Below are positions 45,134-53,711 of a stretch of DNA of 64,000 nt, piece after piece (positions within the stretch are counted from its first letter, which is position 1; each line of letters starts with the position of its first letter). Source of the stretch: Clostridia bacterium (lineage in GTDB: Bacteria > Bacillota > Clostridia > Oscillospirales > CAG-272); NCBI GenBank assembly GCA_017621655.1, contig JAGASS010000029.1:6477-70476 (forward strand), written 5' to 3'. The notes below the pieces were generated by a model. The model had not been told where the DNA came from. It ran no database searches and saw only the letters and a program-made list of their open reading frames with translations. Both the position numbers and the translations under genes were made by a program.

Positions 45134-45354
45134 TAAATTTCCTGCTTAGTGCGTGATAGATCGGCTATTAAAACCTACAAGAGATAAATGGAGCTTTATC
45201 TTCGTTATCTGGGTATGCAGACCTCCCCGCCCGCCTGCTTATGTCACGCGGTCAACGGGATGCTGGGAGCACAAATGATGCGAGAGGGCACCAACCTGCA
45301 CAGGCGGGTTTCTCAATGGCTGTCTACACGGCTCGGCGGGGTACACAAAAAATT

Positions 45355-45382
45355 AACGCAGAGGATTTCCTCTGCGTTTTCT
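45355..45382. terminator. Bidirectional intrinsic terminator
   Basis: AACGCAGAGGA-TTT-CCTCTGCGTT, with TTTTCTG downstream on plus and AATTTTTT downstream on minus. Confidence 0.8.
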
Positions 45383-45386
45383 GTTA

Positions 45387-46055
45387 TTAAATAACGTAAA
45401 AATACACACAAATAAATTGCAGCACGCTTCCGAGCAGGGCGAAAAGGTGGAAGATAAAGTGGAAGTAGCGGTGCTTTTTGCCGATGCCGTAGATGACCGC
45501 GCCGACGGTGTAGGCAACGCCGCCGAGAAGCAGATAGATGAACGCCTCGATCGGTAACGCCTTAAGAACAGTGTCTCCGGCAAGGAATATCGACCAGCCC
45601 ATTCCTATGTAGCAAGCCATCGCGAATTTGCTGTAATTCTTCAGGTCTATCGACGTAAGAACTGCGGCTATGATTCCGAAGCCCCAGACGACTCCGAATA
45701 TTATCCAAGCCCACATGGACGAAACGGGGCGGATCGCCGAGAGAAGTATCGGCGTGTATGTGCCTGCAATAAGGAGGTTTATCGTCGAGTGGTCGATTAT
45801 GCGCATGACCTGCTTGGCGATTCCCGGTCTTACTGCGTGATATATGCTTGACGCAGTGTAGAGCAGGATCATCGACGCGCCGTATATCGCCGCACCGACG
45901 ACCGACCACGCGTCAACGCTTGACGCTTTTATAACGCACAGTATAAGAACGACAATTCCGAAAACAGCACCTATCGCGTGTGATAGTGAGTGTAGGAATT
46001 CCTCCGGCTTCGAGTAAGTCGGAAGCAGACGGTCGCGTAATTTAGTTCTCTTCAT
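45387..46055 (-). CDS. Hemolysin III / PAQR family membrane protein (TrhA-like)
   Basis: ORF 45387..46184. Preferred start is MKRTKLRD at 46055 (GAGG upstream). Seven hydrophobic segments, with HAIGAV...IDHSTI...HLF motifs. Confidence 0.8.
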   Translation of the reverse strand: MKRTKLRDRLLPTYSKPEEFLHSLSHAIGAVFGIVVLILCVIKASSVDAWSVVGAAIYGASMILLYTASSIYHAVRPGIAKQVMRIIDHSTINLLIAGTYTPILLSAIRPVSSMWAWIIFGVVWGFGIIAAVLTSIDLKNYSKFAMACYIGMGWSIFLAGDTVLKALPIEAFIYLLLGGVAYTVGAVIYGIGKKHRYFHFIFHLFALLGSVLQFICVYFYVI

Positions 46056-46173
46056 GTCTTGCCTCGCAGTAATGGAATGAATTGATTTTATCATAACTTT
46101 GTGTATTTTTTGATAATACACTGTGTATTTTTCAAAAATTAAAACGCGGAATATGTCGAAACGTTCCCGCGTT

Positions 46174-46374
46174 CTATTCTTCAATATACATTAAAATATC
46201 TTCTACACGGCAGGTAAGGATCTTGCAAAGATCGTTAAGCGTTACTGTCGTGATCGGCTTGTTGTGTTTCAGTCGGTCAAGGAGACTTCTGCTGATCCCG
46301 TATTCGTTTATGAGCTTGTAGGTCGTTATTCCTTTTTTCTTCATCGTTTCATATAGCGGCTCGTATGAGATCAT
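46174..46374 (-). CDS. Small XRE-type HTH regulator
   Basis: 66 aa. TTYKLINEYGISRSLLDRLKHN...LNDLCKILTCRVEDIL. Same mini-HTH family as 222..434 and 5332..5553. Confidence 0.8.
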   Translation of the reverse strand: MISYEPLYETMKKKGITTYKLINEYGISRSLLDRLKHNKPITTVTLNDLCKILTCRVEDILMYIEE

Positions 46375-46476
46375 AAATTCACCTCCTGATATTTTAATTA
46401 TATTTTATGCTCCATCTCTTGACAATTGTCGAGATATAGAGTATAATTACTTCAAATAATGTGTTAGGAGAAGAGT

Positions 46477-46812
46477 ATGAAAAATGGTAGTATAGGCAAA
46501 ACAATAATGAAAGCATCAAAATATGTTTATATAGCCGGAATGGCGTTTGCGTCGTTGTCGGCTATTGTGGAAGTTTTTACTTTTCTTGAAGCGGCAGCGA
46601 ACTATCCCCGTTTCCCCTTTTTTGCGTTTGCGTTAATTGTTGCCAAATATTTGTTGATCGTATTCGGCGTATGGTTTTTCTCTTTGATCGTGGCGGGATA
46701 CGGGCGAATTGTTGAAGATAATTCCAAAAAAGCAAAAGCGGCGGAAGAACTAAATTCAATTCTATTAATGAAGCAAGAAGATACCGTTTATTCGCAGGAT
46801 AATGATGAATAA
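46477..46812 (+). CDS. Hypothetical membrane protein
   Basis: 111 aa. Two TM segments. AGGAGAAG RBS. Confidence 0.55.
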   Translation: MKNGSIGKTIMKASKYVYIAGMAFASLSAIVEVFTFLEAAANYPRFPFFAFALIVAKYLLIVFGVWFFSLIVAGYGRIVEDNSKKAKAAEELNSILLMKQEDTVYSQDNDE

Positions 46813-46816
46813 TGAA

Positions 46817-46840
46817 AAGAACCCAAATGGGCTCTTTTTT
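46817..46840 (+). terminator. Intrinsic terminator
   Basis: AAGAACCC-AAAT-GGGCTCTT followed by TTTT (one mismatch in the stem). Confidence 0.6.
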
Positions 46841-46887
46841 ACCCTCTCCGTCTGCTTCGCAGACACCTCTCCCGAAGGGCGAGGCAC

Positions 46888-46909
46888 GGACCGTCGAGGA
46901 CGCCGGTCC
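46888..46909 (-). repeat. Hairpin module C, inverted copy
   Basis: GGACCG-TCGAGGACG-CCGGTCC. The loop is the reverse complement of the CGTCCTCGA loop at 6574..6596 and 62124..62146. The stem differs but is still paired. Confidence 0.55.
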
Positions 46910-46951
46910 CTACAATGACGCGGGAGGAACGATGTGACGTGGCGAATTTCC

Positions 46952-47094
46952 CTTAAACCGAAAAGGGTTTCCAAAGGGGAAAACGTGAGCAGAATTTTGC
47001 GAAGGCAAAATTCAAACCCGTTGTCCCCTTGGCGTGGTTCTTTTGGTAGGTTTGCGAAGCAAAACTACTCTTTTCATTGCACGAGCAAGAAAAG
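46952..47094 (+). repeat. Module A repeat, copy 2
   Basis: Collinear with 10863..11012. The inner hairpin is GAATTTTGC-GAAG-GCAAAATTC instead of AAAATTTGC-TATC-GCAAATTTT. Confidence 0.8.
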
Positions 47095-47122
47095 TTAGTA
47101 AAAAGATACATAACTTATGTAA

Positions 47123-47166
47123 CACCTCATCCGAGGTTTACCTCTTACCTTCCCCCTGGGGGGAAG
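47123..47166 (-). repeat. Hairpin module D, short variant
   Basis: CACCTCATCCG...ACCTTCCCC-CTGG-GGGGAAGG. Confidence 0.6.
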
Positions 47167-47209
47167 GCAAGGTGGCGCTTAATATAATTCTAATAAACTC
47201 TAAATCACC

Positions 47210-47238
47210 TTGACAAATCAAAAGAAAAGAGTTACAAT
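47210..47238 (+). promoter_or_regulatory. Sigma-A promoter of the transketolase genes
   Basis: TTGACA (47210-47215), 17-nt spacer, TACAAT (47233-47238). Confidence 0.7.
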
Positions 47239-47277
47239 ATCACTGTATGTAAAAATTACTCTAATGGAGGCAATTCA

Positions 47278-48114
47278 ATGGATCAGAACAAAATCAAAGA
47301 GCTGAAGCTCAAAAGTGCAGAGATAAAGCTCGGCGCACTTGAGGGAGTGTTCAGCGCATCGTCAGGACATCCGGGCGGATCGCTCTCGATCTCCGATATT
47401 CTCGCTTACCTCTACTTCGAGGCAATGAACGTAGACGTAAATAATCCCAAGTGGGAAGACCGCGACCGTCTCGTTCTTTCAAAGGGTCATACCGCGCCCG
47501 GTCTCTATGCGGCACTTGCTCTCAAGGGCTTCATCCCGAGAGAAGACCTTAAGACCCTTCGTCAGGCAGACAGCTACCTTCAGGGTCACCCCGATATGAA
47601 GCACACCCCCGGTGTCGATATGACCTCCGGCTCGCTCGGACTCGGAATTTCCGCCGCTTGCGGAATGGCACTTTCTGCAAAGATCAGAAATAAGAATTAC
47701 TATACCTATGCTATCCTCGGCGACGGCGAGTGCGAAGAGGGACAGGTTTGGGAAGCGGCTATGTTCGCAGCTCATAAGAAGCTCGATAACCTCTGCATCT
47801 TCGTTGACTTCAACGGTCTCCAGATCGACGGACCCGTTACAGAAGTCGTTGACCCCACTCCTATCGACAAGAAGTTCGAGGCGTTCAACTGGAACGTTAT
47901 AGTTATCGACGGTCACGATCTTGAGCAGATCGACGCAGCAGTCAAGGCAGCTCACGCTAGTATGGGCAAGCCCACCGCAATCATTTGCAACTGCGTCAAG
48001 GGTAAGGGCGTTTCCTTTATGGAAAACAACGTCAAGTGGCACGGCTCCGCGCCCAACGCAGAGCAGTACGAGCAGGCAGTGAACGAGATCAATGCCTACA
48101 TCGCAACTATTTGA
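47278..48114 (+). CDS. Transketolase, N-terminal (TPP-binding) subunit
   Basis: 278 aa. GHPGGSLS, SKGH and GDGECEEGQVWEA. Confidence 0.9.
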   Translation: MDQNKIKELKLKSAEIKLGALEGVFSASSGHPGGSLSISDILAYLYFEAMNVDVNNPKWEDRDRLVLSKGHTAPGLYAALALKGFIPREDLKTLRQADSYLQGHPDMKHTPGVDMTSGSLGLGISAACGMALSAKIRNKNYYTYAILGDGECEEGQVWEAAMFAAHKKLDNLCIFVDFNGLQIDGPVTEVVDPTPIDKKFEAFNWNVIVIDGHDLEQIDAAVKAAHASMGKPTAIICNCVKGKGVSFMENNVKWHGSAPNAEQYEQAVNEINAYIATI

Positions 48115-48127
48115 GGAGGAAACGAAA

Positions 48128-49066
48128 ATGGCAGATAAGATAGCAACAAGAGAATCCTACGGCAACGCGCTCGTAGAATTCGGAGCAAAATACGATAACC
48201 TCGTTGTCCTCGACGCAGACCTTGCTGAGGCAACGAAAACCATCAAGTTCAAAAAGGCGTTCCCCGAAAGATTTTTCGACTGCGGTATCGCTGAGGGCAA
48301 CATGGTCGCAGTTGCGGCAGGACTTGCTACAACGGGTATGATTCCGTTCGTCAGCACCTTCGCAATGTTTGCGGCAGGCAGAGCTTTCGAGCAGATCAGA
48401 AACGCTGTCGGTTATCCTCATCTTAACGTAAAGATCGGTGCAACTCACGCAGGTATCACCGTAGGTGAAGACGGCGCGACCCACCAGTGCCTCGAGGACA
48501 TCGGTACTATGCGTACCATTCCCGGCATGACCATCATCAACCCCTGCGACGACGTTGAGGCGCGTGCGGCAGTTCAGGCGGCTATCGAGTTCGACGGTCC
48601 CTGCTACCTCCGTTTCGGACGTTACGCAGTTCCGGTGATCAATGGCGAGGACTATAAGTTCGAGATCGGCAAGGGCGTAACGCTCGCTGACGGTAAGGAC
48701 GTTACCATTATTGCAACCGGTATTACCGTTGCTATGGCTCTTGAAGCAAAGGAGCTTCTTAAGGCAGACGGAATTGATGCAAGAGTTATCAATATCCATA
48801 CTATCAAGCCCCTTGATACCGAGCTTGTAGTCAAGGCAGCTAAGGAAACCGGCGCTATTGTTACCGCAGAGGAGCATAATATCATCGGCGGTCTCGGCTC
48901 GGCAGTTTGCGAGGCAGTCTGTGAAGCAGCACCCGTACCGGTAGTACGCGTAGGTGTAAACGACACCTTCGGCCGTTCCGGTAAGGTTCCGCCCCTTCTT
49001 GAAATGTACGGTCTCACCGCGCAGAACATCGCGGAGAACGCAAAGAAGGCAGTTGCTCTGAAATAA
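48128..49066 (+). CDS. Transketolase, C-terminal (pyrimidine-binding) subunit
   Basis: ORF 48092..49066. Start is MADKIATRESYG at 48128, after GAGGAGGA. FFDCGIAEGNMV and TVGEDGATHQ. Confidence 0.9.
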   Translation: MADKIATRESYGNALVEFGAKYDNLVVLDADLAEATKTIKFKKAFPERFFDCGIAEGNMVAVAAGLATTGMIPFVSTFAMFAAGRAFEQIRNAVGYPHLNVKIGATHAGITVGEDGATHQCLEDIGTMRTIPGMTIINPCDDVEARAAVQAAIEFDGPCYLRFGRYAVPVINGEDYKFEIGKGVTLADGKDVTIIATGITVAMALEAKELLKADGIDARVINIHTIKPLDTELVVKAAKETGAIVTAEEHNIIGGLGSAVCEAVCEAAPVPVVRVGVNDTFGRSGKVPPLLEMYGLTAQNIAENAKKAVALK

Positions 49067-49074
49067 TAAAGTTA

Positions 49075-49103
49075 AAAAGGAACTCTTCGGAGTTCCTTTT
49101 TCT
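49075..49103 (+). terminator. Intrinsic terminator of the tkt operon
   Basis: AAGGAACTC-TTCG-GAGTTCCTT followed by TTTCTT. Confidence 0.85.
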
Positions 49104-49110
49104 TAGACAC

Positions 49111-49563
49111 CAAAACCACGCGATAGTCGCGTGGTTAAAAAAAGGTTAACCGATGAACAGAAATGATGTAAAGAAAAAATGTAGTTTAAGGGTAGTATGT
49201 GCCAATGGCTCCAACTCCGGAGTAGTTTGCTGCGCAACCTACGGGAGCTGTCAGCGTAGCTGACTGAAGGAGCCATCGGGCGAGAAACGCTCGATAAAAG
49301 ATATTTACGGAACCGCCCTAATGAAAAGGACAACGCTCTATAATCCCTTTCATCGCGTGCTCCTTCCGTCTTTTTGCTTCGCAAAAATCCACCTCCCTCC
49401 CGGAGGGAGGCAATGAAACGTCCCTGAACCCATTTATGGGTAGCAAGTATCCAATGCATGGCTGGCAGGCCAATTTAAGGCGCACTTGTGCGCAGCCAGT
49501 AGTATTAGGGCTACGCCCGAAAATGAAATACCCCCCGCTATGCGGGGGGATGTTTATTTTTTT
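49111..49563 (+). repeat. Module B structured repeat, copy 3 (long form ending in a terminator)
   Basis: Opening hairpin ACCACGCG-ATAGT-CGCGTGGT. The core has an expanded first hairpin and GTCAGC-GTA-GCTGAC. A 3' extension of about 130 nt ends in CCCCCCGCTATGCGGGGGG plus ATGTTTATTTTTTT. Confidence 0.85.
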
Positions 49564-49628
49564 GTTGATTTTTCGCGTACGATATGATAATATGAAGAAA
49601 AGATGTTTTCTTTCGGAGGATAACCATT

Positions 49629-51959
49629 ATGTATATCGGGAACTGCAAAAACGTAAAGTTTTCATACACGAAATTCGGCGGTAAGATCCCGCTTGAGCCG
49701 GAGATAACAGACGATGGCGCGATACTGTTCAAATGGCAGAGAATATGTAAAACTGGCTTTGAGATTCAGTTCGTGCTTGATAAAGAATATTACGTCGGAT
49801 CGGTGACGGTCCCGTTTCATGAGGACTCTAAGGTCTGCTCGGTCAAGCTGATATCGAAGGGAAAGACCGTCGGGGTGTTCAATGCCGGTAACGGAAATAT
49901 GAAGGGCGGCAGAATAACAGTAGACGCAGGCGTTTTCACCGATAAGCTGACCGTCAGGATCGAAAGCGGAATATATGACGTTTGGTTTAATAAGCCCGAG
50001 GTGTCGGTATTTGAAAACGACACGCCGATCCTTTGGCCTATCCCTAAAAAAGCAAGCTTTGAAGACGGAACGGTCAGAATTTCAAGCATATCGGGAGAGG
50101 GAAGCGATGCGCTTTTTGCGGCAGGTTTCCTTGATGAGCTTCTTAACGAGCGCTTCGGTGACGTAAAAAGCGAGGACGGGGTTCCCGTTACTGTAATAAG
50201 CGATGAAGATCATGACGGCGAAAGATATACGGTTTCGGTTAAGAAGAACGGCATTACTTTGAGAGCATCAAAGAGGATATCACTTCTTTATGCAGTTTAT
50301 GCGTTGATCTCTCTTGGAGAAAAAGGCGAATTCCGTATCGCTGAGATCGACAACTGCCCCTCGCTTGAATTCCGCGGCTTCCATATGGGACTTCCGAAGG
50401 TTTCAAATATAGGATTCACTAAGCGGCTTTTCCGTGATATGCTTCTGCCGCTTGGATATAATACTCTGTTCGTACAGATATTCGGCTCAATGGAATATGA
50501 GCGTCATCCCGAGATAACGGAGGCGTGGAGAAAACAGCTTCAGATCGACCCTAAATTCCCGCACCATGCGCTCGGATGCGAGGGCGAAACGATCTCTAAA
50601 AAAGAGGTTTCGGAGCTTATTGACTACATAAGAGAGCTTGGCTTTGAAATAATCCCCGAGGTTCAGTCGCTCGGTCACGTTCAGTGGTTGACGCTTCCGC
50701 ACCCCGAGATCGCCGAGGCGGTAAAGCATAACGTGACGGTTGAAGATACGCGTAACGAGGACCTCCGCCCGTCTGAGGAGTATTTCCATTGCTACTGTCC
50801 GTCAAACGAGGATAGCTACAAGCTGATCTTTGACGTAATGGACGAGATAATCGAGGTCACAAAGCCGCAAAGATTCGTTCATATCGGACACGACGAGGTC
50901 TATAATATAGGTCTTTGCGATAAATGCAAGAACACACCGCCGGATATACTCTTTGCAAGGGACGTTCAGCGTATATATGAGCACCTGAAGGAGCTTGGCT
51001 ACCGCACGATGATGTGGTCCGATATGCTTCAGCCGGGCACCGATTATCTCACGCCGCCCGCAAGAAAGCTTCTTCCGCGCGATATAATAATGCTTGATTT
51101 TATATGGTACTTCAATTTTGCCGAGGATATTGAGGATAATCTTTACGAAGAGGGCTACAAGGTAATGGCGGGTAACCTTTATTCGTCACATTATCCGCGT
51201 TACAATAAGCGTGCAAGAGCTGAGAATTTCATAGGCGGCGAGGTCTCGACTTGGTGCGCGGTAAACGAAGAAACTCTTGCTGTAAACGGTAAGCTTTGGG
51301 ATATTATGTATACCTCGGAAATGCTCTGGAATCCCGAAAATTACGATGATTCTCACCGCAAGGCGTTCAGCTATGTCATATCGAAATATATTCAGCCGAA
51401 AATGCGCGATCTGGTAAGAGACAAATTCTCTGCTCACGGATATTCCGAAACCCAATTTGAATTGCCGACGGGAAGCAATGAGGGAATATCGCACGAGCTT
51501 ATGAAAGCTTATCCGTACGCTGTGATTGCCGACGGCGTAACGGTAAACGTCGGCGGAAGCTTTGAAAGATTCAAAATTGAGCATACAGCGCTCGAAAAGG
51601 AAATGCGTATGCGACATGCCGATCTTGCCCTTTCGGGAGAATATACTGTAAGATATTCTGACGGAAGCGAGTGGAAGATAAAGGTAGAGTATGCAGGTAA
51701 CATTATGAAGTGCGACACCTGTTACGCCCGTCCTTTCCCCGAAGCTCTTTACAGACATATCGGCTATGTGGGAACGTGGTTAAGCGATCCCGCTTACGAG
51801 GGTAAGACGGAAAACGGAGATGATCTGCTTGTCATGAGCTGTATCGTAGAGAATCCTTATCCCGAGAAGACCGTTGAAAGCATCAGCTACAATGCCGCCA
51901 AAGATGACGTGACGAACGTTCTCCTTTGCGGAATAAAGGGAATGAATAAGATTAATTAA
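49629..51959 (+). CDS. GH20-like beta-N-acetylhexosaminidase family protein, cytoplasmic
   Basis: 776 aa, GGAGGA RBS, no signal peptide. FRGFHMGL, IPEVQSLGH and the HIGHDEV Asp-Glu pair resemble GH20 core motifs. Confidence 0.6.
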   Translation: MYIGNCKNVKFSYTKFGGKIPLEPEITDDGAILFKWQRICKTGFEIQFVLDKEYYVGSVTVPFHEDSKVCSVKLISKGKTVGVFNAGNGNMKGGRITVDAGVFTDKLTVRIESGIYDVWFNKPEVSVFENDTPILWPIPKKASFEDGTVRISSISGEGSDALFAAGFLDELLNERFGDVKSEDGVPVTVISDEDHDGERYTVSVKKNGITLRASKRISLLYAVYALISLGEKGEFRIAEIDNCPSLEFRGFHMGLPKVSNIGFTKRLFRDMLLPLGYNTLFVQIFGSMEYERHPEITEAWRKQLQIDPKFPHHALGCEGETISKKEVSELIDYIRELGFEIIPEVQSLGHVQWLTLPHPEIAEAVKHNVTVEDTRNEDLRPSEEYFHCYCPSNEDSYKLIFDVMDEIIEVTKPQRFVHIGHDEVYNIGLCDKCKNTPPDILFARDVQRIYEHLKELGYRTMMWSDMLQPGTDYLTPPARKLLPRDIIMLDFIWYFNFAEDIEDNLYEEGYKVMAGNLYSSHYPRYNKRARAENFIGGEVSTWCAVNEETLAVNGKLWDIMYTSEMLWNPENYDDSHRKAFSYVISKYIQPKMRDLVRDKFSAHGYSETQFELPTGSNEGISHELMKAYPYAVIADGVTVNVGGSFERFKIEHTALEKEMRMRHADLALSGEYTVRYSDGSEWKIKVEYAGNIMKCDTCYARPFPEALYRHIGYVGTWLSDPAYEGKTENGDDLLVMSCIVENPYPEKTVESISYNAAKDDVTNVLLCGIKGMNKIN

Positions 51960-51963
51960 CGTT

Positions 51964-51995
51964 AGATCGCTCTCCTTAGGGGGAGCGATCTTTAT
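51964..51995 (+). terminator. Hairpin terminator-like element after the GH20-like gene
   Basis: AGATCGCTCTCC-TTAG-GGGGAGCGATCT followed by a weak T tract (TTTATG). Confidence 0.5.
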
Positions 51996-52002
51996 GTAAA
52001 TG

Positions 52003-52450
52003 AAATCCCCGCCATAGTGGCGGGGTTCAATATAGGTTTACCGATGAACAGAAATGATGTAAAGAAAAAATGCAGTTTAAGGGCAGTTCACGCCAATGGC
52101 TCCAACTCCGGAGTAGTTTGCTGCGCAACCTACGGGAGCTGTCACCGAAGGTGACTGAAGGAGCCATCGGGCGAGAAACGTCCGATAGAAGATATTTACA
52201 GAACTGCCCTAATGAGAAGGGCAACGGTCTATAATTCCATTCATCGCGTGCTCCTTCCGTCTTTTTGCTTCGCAAAAATCCACCTCCCTCCCGGAGGGAG
52301 GCAATGAAACATCCCTGAACCCATTTATGGGTAGCAAGTATCCAATGCATGGCTGGCAGGCCAATCTAAAGCGCACTTGTGCGCAGCCAGTAGTATTAGG
52401 GCTACGCCCGAAAATGAAATATCCCCCCGCTATGCGGGGGGATGTTTATT
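52003..52450 (+). repeat. Module B structured repeat, copy 4 (long form)
   Basis: Opening hairpin CCCCGCC-ATAGT-GGCGGGG. Collinear with copy 3, with about 21 differences in the first 315 or so aligned nt by hand count. Ends in CCCCCCGCTATGCGGGGGG. Confidence 0.85.
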
Positions 52451-52510
52451 GCTATTCGCCGCCAAAACAGTTGATTTACAAAATATTCACAGAATATCTT
52501 AAATTCGTTC

Positions 52511-52539
52511 TTGACAGACGGGAAGAATAGTGGTATATT
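52511..52539 (+). promoter_or_regulatory. Sigma-A promoter of the hrcA-grpE-dnaK-dnaJ operon
   Basis: TTGACA (52511-52516), 17-nt spacer, TGgTATATT (-10 at 52534-52539). Confidence 0.8.
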
Positions 52540-52549
52540 ATAACTGTGA

Positions 52550-52576
52550 TTAGCACTCGACCGCTTTGAGTGCTAA
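52550..52576 (+). promoter_or_regulatory. CIRCE operator (HrcA binding site)
   Basis: Perfect TTAGCACTC-N9-GAGTGCTAA. Confidence 0.95.
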
Positions 52577-52611
52577 AATGCCAAAGAATACGTAAAGGAT
52601 GTGAAGAAAGG

Positions 52612-53694
52612 GTGCAAGGCGGCGGATCTGAGCTTAACGAACGAAAAAAGCTGATTTTGAAGGCAATAATCGAAGCTCACGTCAAAGAAGGCGAGCCGGT
52701 CGGCTCGAAATATCTTACTCAAAATAAGCAGATCGCCCTTTCGTCTGCTACCATACGTAACGAAATGGCAGAGCTTGAGTCGCTCGGCTATCTTGAGCAG
52801 CCGTATACTTCGGCGGGCAGAGTTCCGTCGGAAAGCGGCTACCGATTCTACGTGAATTCTCTGATGCAGAAGTACCGTATGTCGCAAAACGAGCTTGCGA
52901 GAATGAATGCTCTCGCTAAGAGCCGTCTTGCTGAGATAGACCGTCTGCTCGAAAGCGCAACGCGGCTCGCGGCAGGACTTACGAATTATACCTCGATAGC
53001 GATCAAACCGAAGCAGAGCACAGCGGTCATCACGAAGTTCAAAACAGTGCTTCTCGACAAGCAGCTCTTTATGCTCGTCATGATCGACGGAATGGGCAAT
53101 ATAAAGACCCGTCAGATAACCTCCGACGAGGAGATAAACGAGGAAACGCTAGCGCGGCTCGAAAACGAGCTGAACGCAAGGATCGCAAATAAGCGCGTCG
53201 ACGAGATAACAGTCTCGCTCGTAATGGAGATCGAAAGAAGCTTCGGCGAGGGCGAGGGAATAATCTCCTCGGTCATCAAGACCGTCTGTGAAACGCTCGG
53301 AGAGCCGGAGGGCGGAGACCTAAAGATGGCAGGCGTGAATCACCTGCTCGAATATCCCGAATTCAGCGACGCAAGAGAGTTCAAGGAGCTTCTCGGCGTG
53401 CTCGAGGAAAAGCGCGATATTCTGAAGCTCGTTTCGGATAGCGACCTCGACGAGGACGGACCGCAGGTGCTTATCGGCTCCGAAAATATCCTTGAAGAAA
53501 TGAAAAACTCGACGATGGTATTCCAAAAGATCAAGTCAAACGGAAAGGTCGTCGGTGCGATCGGAATCATAGGTCCGCGAAGAATGGATTATTCAAAGGT
53601 CATTTCGACCGTCGAATATATAGCGCAAAACATTTCCCTTATGCTGAACAGCTCGCTATCACTTCCCGAGGCGTTCGGCGAGGATGAGAATTAG
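52612..53694 (+). CDS. hrcA: Heat-inducible transcription repressor HrcA
   Basis: The ORF 52570..53694 start lies inside CIRCE, so the in-frame GTG at 52612 is more plausible (start uncertain). LNERKKLILKAIIEAHVKEGEPVGSKYL and RNEMAELESLGYLEQPYTSAGRVPS. Confidence 0.85.
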   Translation: MQGGGSELNERKKLILKAIIEAHVKEGEPVGSKYLTQNKQIALSSATIRNEMAELESLGYLEQPYTSAGRVPSESGYRFYVNSLMQKYRMSQNELARMNALAKSRLAEIDRLLESATRLAAGLTNYTSIAIKPKQSTAVITKFKTVLLDKQLFMLVMIDGMGNIKTRQITSDEEINEETLARLENELNARIANKRVDEITVSLVMEIERSFGEGEGIISSVIKTVCETLGEPEGGDLKMAGVNHLLEYPEFSDAREFKELLGVLEEKRDILKLVSDSDLDEDGPQVLIGSENILEEMKNSTMVFQKIKSNGKVVGAIGIIGPRRMDYSKVISTVEYIAQNISLMLNSSLSLPEAFGEDEN

Positions 53695-53711
53695 CGAAAG
53701 GATAGATAACC

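Noticed and set aside
47278-49066. Transketolase split into two ORFs, considered as a frameshifted pseudogene
   Set aside because: The second ORF has its own strong RBS (GAGGAGGA) and ATG. The split falls at the normal domain boundary, which is the standard two-subunit arrangement in many anaerobic Firmicutes.
34738-52350. Apparently conserved minus-strand ORFs inside the module B repeats (34738..34935, 41209..41472, 49103..49459, 52027..52350; shared ...KKTEGARDE...RPMAPSV...)
   Set aside because: Conservation is explained by DNA repetition. Between copies 3 and 4, nearly every nucleotide difference changes the amino acid, so there is no excess of synonymous change. There is no RBS, ORF lengths and ends differ between copies, and substitutions instead preserve plus-strand hairpins.
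49436-52530. Plus-strand ORFs starting MGSKYPMHGWQANL in both long repeat copies (49436..49684 and 52327..52530)
   Set aside because: They are identical only as far as the repeat extends and diverge completely afterwards. There is no Shine-Dalgarno sequence, and each reads through a terminator hairpin.
52570-52611. 5' extension of the hrcA ORF (MLKCQRIRKGCEER...)
   Set aside because: The alternative start codon lies inside the CIRCE operator immediately after the promoter. The HrcA homology begins after the in-frame GTG at 52612, so the extension is probably untranslated leader. The exact start is still uncertain.
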